Assembly: GCA_035438805.1 (NCBI GenBank)
Contig: DAORJA010000001.1
Location: 1 to 44,256, forward strand
Length of the DNA: 44,256 nt
Source of the DNA: Candidatus Magasanikiibacteriota bacterium
Lineage (GTDB): Bacteria > Patescibacteriota > Patescibacteriia > Magasanikbacterales > UBA922
Direction: 5' to 3'
Part shown: piece after piece, positions 27,462 to 35,557 of the stretch
Layout: every line of letters begins with the position of its first letter
Position numbering within the stretch: position 1 is the stretch's first letter
Notes under the pieces: generated by a model
The model's input: the letters and a program-made list of their open reading frames with translations, nothing else
Databases searched by the model: none
Told to the model about the DNA's origin: nothing
Program-made: the position numbers and the translations under genes

Positions 27462-28829
27462 CTATCGGTCGAACGGTTGAAGCCGATTGAACTCAGCTGC
27501 ACGCACTCCTGCTTCTCCTTCCTCGCCCTGAGGTTGGAGAGCTGAAGTCGCACACTTACCTGTCGTGGCAAGCGCACAAATCTCCAGGAAGGCTTCGTTC
27601 GAGAGTCGTCGATGCTCTGGATCGGGATGCGTCAGGGATGAACCGAGCGCGCAGAAATCCAGATTGTAGAAGAGCTTGGGATTCGACATGATCAACTCGA
27701 CGATGTCATGCCGAGTCTTCCATCCCTTGTTTCCAGGAACCGCCAGTTTAGCCAGGTACGGTCGAAGGACCACGTGTGGCCATTCTTCAACAACCTGAAG
27801 TGCATTCGTGACGAGCTCTCTGAGCTTCTGACCATCTTGGGTTGGGAAACCCATGACCATCAAAAACTCGGCAGTAATGCCCAGATCTCTGGTGATCTCC
27901 AGGCAGCGCACGATGTCGCCCTGCTTATTTTGACGTTTCTTCTGACTACGCCAATCTTTTTCGTCTCCGTCGATTCCGAACCCGATACACCAGAGACCTG
28001 CTCTACGAAGCAGATCATCGAAGTTGGGAATCTCCTCACGTGCTGCGAGGAAACTACCAAGACAACTGAGACATCGGATCTTGATCTCGATACCACTGTC
28101 TAACTGCATCTGCTCAATTACTTCGAGGAACCGTGCAACGATCTTCGGATTCTGGAAGAAGTCGAGACTGGACGCGTAGAATTCTAGCTTCTTCAACCTC
28201 GCACGCTGTGCAATCTGCGTGAGGTGACGCAAATCATTCACGAACACCTCGACGGATCGAAAACTTTCCTTCATCTGTTTACTAGCAGCACAGAAGTCGC
28301 ATCGGAAATGACAGCCTTGTGAGATCACTAGTACGCTCTCGTGTTCCAGGTAGCGCACCATTCGTTCTTCCCCCATCTGTTTCCAGACAGGAACGTACGA
28401 AACTGCCTCGGGTGGTGGCAAATCCAGCACTTTACAGTCTAGTGCTTGCGCCAGATCGTAATTGTCCTTGATCTGCGTGACTGCGCTGTAGGTGCCGAAG
28501 ATCCGATTGAACTGATCGGTAGTGACCCGCTCGATCACTTGGCCACCTACCAGTATCAACGTATCCTGTGCGAATGCGCGGATCTGAGGAATCAGACGTA
28601 GAAGCCCCGGTATTGCAGGAGCACCCACGACTGCGACGCCGATGAGGTCCGCTTCCCTCAGCTTCTTCCGCACATGAGTTTGATGCATCCGATCGATGTT
28701 GAGATCGACCAGTTGTACTTCGTGTCCCATTATGAGAAGTCGCGCCGCCACTGAAACGATAGATCCACTAAGGTAGACTTTATCTTTTCCGTAGGGATAA
28801 CGCTGCTCGATAAGTACAATCTTCTTCAT
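27462..28829 (-). CDS. B12-binding-domain radical SAM enzyme (class B-like), substrate unknown
   Basis: ORF 27462..28862. The preferred start is MKKIVLIEQ at 28829, preceded by AGGA. An N-terminal Rossmann-like B12-type domain is followed by the radical SAM motif SQGCHFRCDFCAAS (CxxxCxxC). My hand count of 100 nt at the 3' end gives about 56% G+C. Confidence 0.85.
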   Translation of the reverse strand: MKKIVLIEQRYPYGKDKVYLSGSIVSVAARLLIMGHEVQLVDLNIDRMHQTHVRKKLREADLIGVAVVGAPAIPGLLRLIPQIRAFAQDTLILVGGQVIERVTTDQFNRIFGTYSAVTQIKDNYDLAQALDCKVLDLPPPEAVSYVPVWKQMGEERMVRYLEHESVLVISQGCHFRCDFCAASKQMKESFRSVEVFVNDLRHLTQIAQRARLKKLEFYASSLDFFQNPKIVARFLEVIEQMQLDSGIEIKIRCLSCLGSFLAAREEIPNFDDLLRRAGLWCIGFGIDGDEKDWRSQKKRQNKQGDIVRCLEITRDLGITAEFLMVMGFPTQDGQKLRELVTNALQVVEEWPHVVLRPYLAKLAVPGNKGWKTRHDIVELIMSNPKLFYNLDFCALGSSLTHPDPEHRRLSNEAFLEICALATTGKCATSALQPQGEEGEAGVRAAEFNRLQPFDR

Positions 28830-29004
28830 TCTTTTATCCTCTCTCACAGAATCCATTTGCACCTGGAATTTCCTGGTGCTCTGAATAAACTTTTATACTA
28901 TTTTTAATTTTTTGTCAACCATAAACGAAACATTTTTACTATCAATAATTTGCATAAAATTTATAACCATACTATAGTGTAGATACTTTAATAATTAAGA
29001 TTAT

Positions 29005-30027
29005 ATGAAATTTAAAAAAATTACTCTGATGGGGTTTGTGATTTCATTTTTTGTTTCAACTTTTTTATTTAGTCCGCCTGTAGATGCTTATGTTAATGTT
29101 AAAGGTTACACAAGAAAAGACGGGACGTATGTAGCACCCCACGTGAGAAGTAACCCAAATGGCGTTAAATACGATAACTATAGTTACAAGTCTAATCAAG
29201 GTTTATACAACAAAACATACGGTACAAGAGATACTGAGTGGGATACACCAACTTATGTTACTGACCCGGATTACTATACAGGCAAACAGTTATACGAAAA
29301 CAGTAATAGTGGATCAAGCTACTACAGTCCCACACCAATAGTTACAACACCCTCATGTCAGACTAATGAAACTTATAATTATACATACGAAAAATGTGTA
29401 TGTAAGACTGGTTACAAAGAAAATTCTTATGGCTCATGTGTTAGTTATGAAAAATATTGTCAAGAATATTATGGCTATGGAGCAACCACAAATTCAACAG
29501 GACAATGCCAGTGTAAATCAGGCTACATATATGATACTAGTGGTACTTGTCTGATCGGACAGACATACTGTGAAAAAATATATGGGACTCGTGGAGAGTT
29601 TAATTCATTAACAAATACTTGCAGTTACTGCGAACTAGGTTACCACGCGAAAAATGGTTTTTGTTATGCTGATACTCCAACCTGTAGTGTTAATGCTCAT
29701 CTAGAATCTGATAACAAATGCTATTGTGATAATGGTTACGTTGTAGACAGTACGGGGCAACAATGTATCCCACAACAGAGCCCAAGCGTTGAGGGACTTA
29801 AAATTGAAACAGAGGATCTAGTAATTGAAAAATTTATTCAACCTACTGTGTTTGCAGTGCGTATCCGTCAAAATCCTTCTTTAACCGCTCGAGTTGTAGG
29901 TACGGCCTCATCTAAAACTATATATAAAGTGATTGAAGACAATGGTGGTGATTGGATAAAAATTAACTTTGGTTTAAGCTCAAAAAAAGAAGGTTGGGTA
30001 GCTAAAAGATACGTGCAATATCGTTAA
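29005..30027 (+). CDS. Secreted protein with four 4-Cys EGF-like modules and a C-terminal SH3b domain
   Basis: Signal peptide, then a YTRKDGTYVAPHVRSNPN motif. Four modules follow the pattern C-x11-16-C-x1-2-C-x2-GY-x6-8-C (for example CVCKTGYKENSYGSC, CQCKSGYIYDTSGTC). The C-terminal SH3_3-like segment is VRIRQNPSLTARVVGTASSKTIYKVIEDNGGDWIKI...GWVAKRYV. Confidence 0.75.
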   Translation: MKFKKITLMGFVISFFVSTFLFSPPVDAYVNVKGYTRKDGTYVAPHVRSNPNGVKYDNYSYKSNQGLYNKTYGTRDTEWDTPTYVTDPDYYTGKQLYENSNSGSSYYSPTPIVTTPSCQTNETYNYTYEKCVCKTGYKENSYGSCVSYEKYCQEYYGYGATTNSTGQCQCKSGYIYDTSGTCLIGQTYCEKIYGTRGEFNSLTNTCSYCELGYHAKNGFCYADTPTCSVNAHLESDNKCYCDNGYVVDSTGQQCIPQQSPSVEGLKIETEDLVIEKFIQPTVFAVRIRQNPSLTARVVGTASSKTIYKVIEDNGGDWIKINFGLSSKKEGWVAKRYVQYR

Positions 30028-30050
30028 TATAAAAGATTCTCAAAAACAAA

Positions 30051-30076
30051 AAACCGCCCCTCCCCGAGCGGTTTTT
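30051..30076. terminator. Weak bidirectional terminator-like hairpin
   Basis: AAACCGC-ccctccccga-GCGGTTT, followed by a short T-run, between two convergent genes. Confidence 0.45.
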
Positions 30077-30093
30077 ATTAAAACTAATCAAGA

Positions 30094-30519
30094 CTAAGCA
30101 AGAAGAGTCAAAATTCCACCTACAATCCCAAAAAGTAGAACAACACCAAAGCAACTCTTTGTCTTCCCATCTTTATCAAGATAATTATAGATAGGTTCTC
30201 CAAATTTTTCTTCAAAATCATTTCTAACTTTTTTGAGCTTCTTTTCAACTATTTGATCAGCGATATGTATCATCTCTTTATACACTGCTGGAGTAAAATC
30301 ACTATGGACATTTCCTGTCCTAAGATTTTCCTCCATTCCAGCCTTTACCTTTTCCCAATCTTTAATATAAACTGAATGTGTTTTTGCATACTGAAAAGAG
30401 ACATCGCAGTTTTGTTTTAAATCATCTACCTGTGCCATCTCGCCTATCAAAGTTTGAGCTGCAAAATTTTTAAGAAATTCCATCTCTTCCTCTGTAAAAG
30501 TATCGATTTTAGTTTCCAT
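30094..30519 (-). CDS. Hypothetical tail-anchored protein (single C-terminal TM helix)
   Basis: 141 aa. The helical, acidic/basic soluble part has no motif I recognise. The C-terminal CFGVVLLFGIVGGILTLLA is a TM anchor. It lies 19 nt downstream of thrS. Confidence 0.5.
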   Translation of the reverse strand: METKIDTFTEEEMEFLKNFAAQTLIGEMAQVDDLKQNCDVSFQYAKTHSVYIKDWEKVKAGMEENLRTGNVHSDFTPAVYKEMIHIADQIVEKKLKKVRNDFEEKFGEPIYNYLDKDGKTKSCFGVVLLFGIVGGILTLLA

Positions 30520-30538
30520 ATTTAATAAAAAAGTATTG

Positions 30539-32284
30539 CTACTTCCTCTCTCTAATTTCAGTCTTCACCTTCTCTACAAACTCACTCTTGGAAATACTCA
30601 CCTGTTCCTCTTGCCCTCTCATGCGAACCATGAAATCTCCGCCTTCGAGTTCTTTGTCACCAATGACGAGCATATATGGAACTTTGCTCTGTGCGGCTTT
30701 TCTGATTTTCTTTCCAACAGTCTCGTCAGCCTTATCAATTGATACTCGGATTCCTTCTGCGCGAAGTTCTTTTGCAAGTGATTCAGCTCCTGCAATATGC
30801 TTCTCAGACACTGGTACGAATGCTACAGCGACCGGAGAGAGCCACGTAGGCCAGATTCCGGCATAATGCTCGATTAGGAATGCAGTGAACCTCTCGTGGG
30901 TCGACAATGGCGCACGATGAATGACAAATACTTCATTATTTTCTTTTCCACCTTCATCTACATATGACAACCCAAAGCGTTCACGCGCGAGGAAGTCGAG
31001 CTGAATTGTCGACATACTTTCTTCCCGACCAATCACAGACTTGAATTGTACATCAACGTTAGGTCCATAGAATGCTGCCTCATCTTCTACTTCGGTAAAC
31101 TCTACTTTCATATCAGTCAATACCTCACGAAGTACCCCTTCAGTCATTTGCCAATTTTCTGGCTGATCAATATATTTTTCTTTGTGATCTGGGCTCCATT
31201 TTGAAAGACGGAACCAGTAATTTGTGAGTCCGAAGATGTTGAAATAATTCATGGTAAGTTCCATCACACGCTTGAACTCATCTTTGATCTGCTCTTTGGT
31301 ACAGTAGATGTGTGCGTCATTCATGGTGAGTCCGCGTACACGAAGCAATCCTGCAAGAGTTCCTGAAAGTTCATTCCGATATACGGTTCCGTATTCGGCA
31401 AGACGAAGTGGGAGTTCGCGATAACTTCGAGGACTTGATCCGTAGATAATATGATGATGTGGACAATTCATGGCGCGGAGATAATACGTGCCATCATCCA
31501 TCACCATTCCCGGGTACATTCCATCTTTATAGTATGGAAGGTGGCCTGACGTAAGATAGAGTTCTTCCTTTGCCATATGTGGAGTCACCACTCGGCTATA
31601 ACCATATGACTCCTCCATTTCAGTTGCGAATTTCTCAATTTCATTTCGAATGATTGTGCCATTTGGCAACCACATGACGAGCCCTTTTCCTACTCGATCA
31701 TCGATCAAGAATAATTCCTGATCTTTGCCGATTTTTCGATGATCCCGCTTCTTTGCTTCTTCTCGCATTTTCAGATATTTTTGCAACTCATCTTTGGTTG
31801 GAAATGCTGTACCATAAATTCGAGTAAGCATTTTATTCTTCTCATCCCCTCTCCAATATGCTCCTGCAACACTGAGTAATTTGAAATTACGAAGTTCTTT
31901 TGAAGGATTCTCACTATGTCCACCACGGCATAGATCAGTGAATTTTCCTGCAGTATAGAAGGTAAGCGTTGCGCCCTCGCCTGAGAATTCCTCAATAAGC
32001 TCTTTTTTATATTCATTGTCGCGGAAAAATTCTATTGCTTCAACCGCACTCACTTCTTTATGTTCAAATTCTTTCCAATGCTTCACAATTTCACCCATTC
32101 GTTTCTCAATCTTTTTCAAATCTTCATCATTGATTTTTTCTACTCCGAAGTCGAAGTCATAATAAAACCCATCTTCAATCGCCGGACCAATTGTTCTCTT
32201 TGCCTCAGGATATAATTCCTCAACAGCAGCAGCCAATAGGTGCGCAGCTGAATGACGTAGATGTTCTAATTCTTGGTTTTGCAT
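30539..32284 (-). CDS. thrS: Threonine--tRNA ligase (lacks the N-terminal TGS domain)
   Basis: The protein starts directly in the editing/second additional domain (LRHSAAHLLAAAVEELYP). It has DLCRGGH, a class II catalytic core and a C-terminal anticodon-binding domain (PVAVAFVPVSEKH...). Preceded by a Thr-specific T-box leader. Confidence 0.95.
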   Translation of the reverse strand: MQNQELEHLRHSAAHLLAAAVEELYPEAKRTIGPAIEDGFYYDFDFGVEKINDEDLKKIEKRMGEIVKHWKEFEHKEVSAVEAIEFFRDNEYKKELIEEFSGEGATLTFYTAGKFTDLCRGGHSENPSKELRNFKLLSVAGAYWRGDEKNKMLTRIYGTAFPTKDELQKYLKMREEAKKRDHRKIGKDQELFLIDDRVGKGLVMWLPNGTIIRNEIEKFATEMEESYGYSRVVTPHMAKEELYLTSGHLPYYKDGMYPGMVMDDGTYYLRAMNCPHHHIIYGSSPRSYRELPLRLAEYGTVYRNELSGTLAGLLRVRGLTMNDAHIYCTKEQIKDEFKRVMELTMNYFNIFGLTNYWFRLSKWSPDHKEKYIDQPENWQMTEGVLREVLTDMKVEFTEVEDEAAFYGPNVDVQFKSVIGREESMSTIQLDFLARERFGLSYVDEGGKENNEVFVIHRAPLSTHERFTAFLIEHYAGIWPTWLSPVAVAFVPVSEKHIAGAESLAKELRAEGIRVSIDKADETVGKKIRKAAQSKVPYMLVIGDKELEGGDFMVRMRGQEEQVSISKSEFVEKVKTEIRERK

Positions 32285-32375
32285 ATGTTTACAACATTAT
32301 CTAGACGACACACGACACATGGAGCACGACTTTATTTTTGAGTCGTGATACGTGAGTCGTTGGTCGTTTTTTAAT

Positions 32376-32566
32376 AAAAAAACCCGACACCCTCAAGCAA
32401 GCGCCTGAGATGTGCCGGGGTCATGAGCAAGATTGCTTATTTCACGACGGTTCCACCCGTTTTTTAACTTTTTTAAATTAGTATAAAGCTCCGAGAATGG
32501 TACCATGCGGGTCCCTCGATTTCACTCGGGATTCGCTGGGCAGGTTCTCGTACATACGCTTTAGTG
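32376..32566 (-). promoter_or_regulatory. T-box riboswitch leader (Thr, ACC specifier) with terminator/antiterminator switch, controlling thrS
   Basis: Read on the minus strand. Stem I has helices AAAGC/GCTTT and CGAGAA/TTCTCG, an AG-bulge-like AGCGA, the distal loop GAGTGAAAT, and a specifier-loop side TACCA (ACC = complement of 32499..32501, followed by A). The T-box sequence is CGGGTGGAACCGTCG (complement of 32445..32459). The antiterminator is GGG-[TGGAACC bulge]-GTCGTGA...TCATGAC-CCC. The competing terminator is ACCCCGGCAC...GTGTCGGGT plus T7 (32376..32421). Confidence 0.8.
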
Positions 32567-32571
32567 CATGA

Positions 32572-32600
32572 ACTATACTGAAAATACGATTCGCGGTCAA
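32572..32600 (-). promoter_or_regulatory. Sigma70-type promoter of the thrS T-box leader
   Basis: Minus strand: TTGACC (complement of 32595..32600), a 17-nt spacer, then TATAGT (complement of 32572..32577). Confidence 0.55.
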
Positions 32601-32602
32601 GA

Positions 32603-33742
32603 CTACTGTACTTCTCGTATAATCACCTCTACATTGCTTGCTACACGAGGTACACTTCTATTCCAGAGCGGTTTGAAAGCCATCTCCACCCCTTCTACAT
32701 GTTTCAAAGACATGACATAGCGTTTTACTTCATCCTCTGATTTCCCAAAGAAATTATCTTTCTGGAGTTCAGTACTGTTTTCATCAATATTTACGAGTCC
32801 TCGATGTGAGACTGTCAATTTTGCAGTACTTGCTGCCACATCATAACTTTCCAATGAAAAGCTTGGGGTAGGCTCCATTGATGAAAGAATTTCACTGTTA
32901 TCTACCACACGCTTTTTCAGCATATCTTCTGCAAACGCCGTAGCTTTTACTGGGTCATACCACACGCCCACGACTGTTGCAGTACCTTTGATCACAAATG
33001 AATCCACTTCTTCACCCAATTCTTCGACTGGTTCAAACGTGGATTGTACTACCTGGTATAATCCAGTCATACCAACAGGTGCCTCAACTTTGAGAATGTC
33101 AGCGCCTTTGGTTTTTATTTCTTCAAGCAATACTTTTTCTGACTTTACAATATCATCCTGACCAACAACACCAAATGTTCTCACTCCTCCACTCATCGCA
33201 CTTTCACTTTTCGCGTAAATTACTTTCTGTTTACTCTCTTGAAGCCCAGGAATCGTAAACGTAGTCGCTGCAATATTCCCCGAAGCTCCTTTCACATCAG
33301 CATATACACTTGCCTTAATTTCTCCCTTGGCTGGTACAGAGACTGCATCTTTTAGTCTAAACAATACACCTTCTTTTGATAACACCCGTGTCGTTGCAAT
33401 AAGTCCTTGTGGAATATCGGTTTCGTTTATGAGAGTAACCGTACCCTCTGCAGCTGCATCCTCGGTCTTGGTGCCTTCAGGTGAAAATACTTTTTCATGT
33501 GTAATAACCGTTGTCGTCACAAACCCTGGAATCAGCGCATCAGCAGCTGTTGCATCAAGCACGACGGTATCGGTGACTTCAAGCGGTTCTGATTTGGTAA
33601 TAATAGTTATACTTGCACGCTTTGAAGACATGAAAATTATCGTACCAACCAAAATAAGGGTGATACATAAAAAACCAAGTGCGATAAATTTATAAAATCG
33701 TATTGGCTGCTCTGAAGGAAGTGGAGTAGCATCAAGTGGCAT
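32603..33742 (-). CDS. Bitopic membrane protein with large beta-rich extracytoplasmic domain (weak baseplate-J-like resemblance), unknown function
   Basis: N-terminal TM helix FIALGFLCITLILVGTIIFM. The segment GTVTLINETDIPQGLIATTRVLSKEGVLFRLKDAVSVPAKGEIKASVYADVKGASGNIAATTFTIPGL recalls baseplate J/gp47-type domains; this is recollection only, not a search result. Confidence 0.5.
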   Translation of the reverse strand: MPLDATPLPSEQPIRFYKFIALGFLCITLILVGTIIFMSSKRASITIITKSEPLEVTDTVVLDATAADALIPGFVTTTVITHEKVFSPEGTKTEDAAAEGTVTLINETDIPQGLIATTRVLSKEGVLFRLKDAVSVPAKGEIKASVYADVKGASGNIAATTFTIPGLQESKQKVIYAKSESAMSGGVRTFGVVGQDDIVKSEKVLLEEIKTKGADILKVEAPVGMTGLYQVVQSTFEPVEELGEEVDSFVIKGTATVVGVWYDPVKATAFAEDMLKKRVVDNSEILSSMEPTPSFSLESYDVAASTAKLTVSHRGLVNIDENSTELQKDNFFGKSEDEVKRYVMSLKHVEGVEMAFKPLWNRSVPRVASNVEVIIREVQ

Positions 33743-33816
33743 ATGACAGGACAGTACTTAAATTAAAATACAAAGAAAAATATTGCTTAGGTGGTAGTAT
33801 ACACAAAAATACGCTA

Positions 33817-35550
33817 TTACTCAATTACTCTAAATACTTCATTCAAGGTTGTCACTCCTTCGATGGCTTTCAAAACTCCATCTTCGACCATGGTTCGCAT
33901 ACCTTCAGTGCGCGCCACTTTTTCAATTTCAGCTTCTCCAACTTGCCCGCCCAAAATAAGCTGTTTTATCTGATCACTCACAATAAATAATTCGCAAATT
34001 CCAATTCTTCCTTTATATCCAATACCACTACACTCAGAACAACCTTTCTCTGCAGCAGTAAAAAATTCTTGTAATCCCGCATTCACTTGTTCCCGATCAG
34101 AAACATTCATCCCCTCAATTACTGCTTGTACACGCTCTTGAATATGTGGCTCCAATGCATCAAAACCCACTTTCTTTCTACATTTTTCACACACTCGTCT
34201 AACCAAACGCTGCCCCATCACACAATTGAGCGCTGGAGCGAGGAGATATGGTGCCGCCCCCATTGAGAGGAAACGTGAAATTGCCCCAGCAGAAGAATTT
34301 GTATGGAGAGTTGAAAGCATCAAGTGCCCTGTGAGGGCAGCCTGAACTGCGATTTCAGTTGTCTCTTCATCACGAATTTCTCCGACCATCACAATATCAG
34401 GATCTTGACGGAGAATTGAACGCAATCCTGTTGCAAAAGTATAGCCTTTTGTATGATCAATCTGACTCTGATTCACTCCTTCGAGCCTATACTCCACTGG
34501 ATCTTCCAATGTAATAATTTTCACTCCTGATTGATTGAGGATTTGTAAAATTGCATACAGCGTTGTTGATTTTCCCGATCCAGTAGGACCAGTCGTTATA
34601 ATCATTCCTGTTGGCCGCTCAATCTGCATTTTTAATTTTTCAAGAACTCCTGCAGTAAATCCGAGTTCTTCGAGAGTAATACCGCCATCTCCCTGTACGA
34701 GAAGACGCATTACAATACTTTCTCCAAACACAGTTGGAATAGTGGATACACGCACATCAATATCTCCATCCGGACTTTTGATGGTAAAGCGCCCATCTTG
34801 CGGTTTTGAAATAATATTGATTTTCAAGGCTGAAAGTAATTTTATGCGTGATAATAATTTTTTATATGCGTCTTTCGTGAGCGTTGCGACATCATGCAGA
34901 ATACCATCCAATCGAAATCGTACGACGATTGTATGCTCTTCTGCCTCTACATGCACATCTGAGGCATGTACTTTGAGCGCGGCACCAAGACTGATCGTAA
35001 GCACATCGGTTGTTGTTGCAGTTTCCAAAAGCTCAGCAACTGAATCAAAATCATCGACTGATGCCTGCACTTGTTTCAATGCGTCAGCTGTAATTTCTAC
35101 GTCTTTAGTAATGGGCTTTATGGTAGGTAATTTGTCATAGAGTGACAGTACTCGCTCAAGACTAACTTCCGAAATGACGTACACTGCACCCGTCGCATGT
35201 TTTTGTGTTTCTATACGTGTACGAATTTCATCAACTTCTGGTTTGGTAGGATCAAGTGCTCCGAGCCGTATCTCGTCACTGTTTGCAAAAAAACATACAA
35301 CTCCGGTTTGTTCAACTTCTTCTCGGCTGATCTGTCTTAAGGCCTCATGAGTCACCGGAAACTTAACTAAATCGATATGTGGCACGCCAATAGATGCCGC
35401 AAATCGCATAGCTTTGACTTCCAACTCTTTCTTCTTAATCTCATCCATTTTTTTAGTCAACACACCTTTGTTCTGCTGATTACCAACAATAGGCGGTTCT
35501 GTTGTCCTGCTTGTGTGTATAAGATCATTGATTGAAGGTCTGTCTGACAT
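33817..35550 (-). CDS. pilB: Type IV pilus / type II secretion assembly ATPase (PilB/GspE family)
   Basis: T2SSE_N-like N-terminus, Walker A GPTGSGKSTT, Asp box LEDPVEY, His box LTGHLMLSTLHTN and the tetra-Cys motif CEKC...CSEC. Confidence 0.92.
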   Translation of the reverse strand: MSDRPSINDLIHTSRTTEPPIVGNQQNKGVLTKKMDEIKKKELEVKAMRFAASIGVPHIDLVKFPVTHEALRQISREEVEQTGVVCFFANSDEIRLGALDPTKPEVDEIRTRIETQKHATGAVYVISEVSLERVLSLYDKLPTIKPITKDVEITADALKQVQASVDDFDSVAELLETATTTDVLTISLGAALKVHASDVHVEAEEHTIVVRFRLDGILHDVATLTKDAYKKLLSRIKLLSALKINIISKPQDGRFTIKSPDGDIDVRVSTIPTVFGESIVMRLLVQGDGGITLEELGFTAGVLEKLKMQIERPTGMIITTGPTGSGKSTTLYAILQILNQSGVKIITLEDPVEYRLEGVNQSQIDHTKGYTFATGLRSILRQDPDIVMVGEIRDEETTEIAVQAALTGHLMLSTLHTNSSAGAISRFLSMGAAPYLLAPALNCVMGQRLVRRVCEKCRKKVGFDALEPHIQERVQAVIEGMNVSDREQVNAGLQEFFTAAEKGCSECSGIGYKGRIGICELFIVSDQIKQLILGGQVGEAEIEKVARTEGMRTMVEDGVLKAIEGVTTLNEVFRVIE

Positions 35551-35557
35551 ACGATTG

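Noticed and set aside
32491-32512. Plus-strand reading of GGTACCATGCGGGTCCCT as a T-box motif
   Set aside because: No plus-strand gene lies downstream. The complete T-box architecture (specifier, antiterminator bulge, terminator) assembles only on the minus strand, upstream of thrS.
34535-35140. 201-aa plus-strand ORF inside pilB; also 37692..38246 and 37254..37667 inside ftsH, 42353..42841 and 42860..43516 inside gyrA, and several short ORFs inside rpoB
   Set aside because: All are antisense or alternative frames nested in confidently identified housekeeping genes, with low-complexity Ser/Arg/Thr-rich products.
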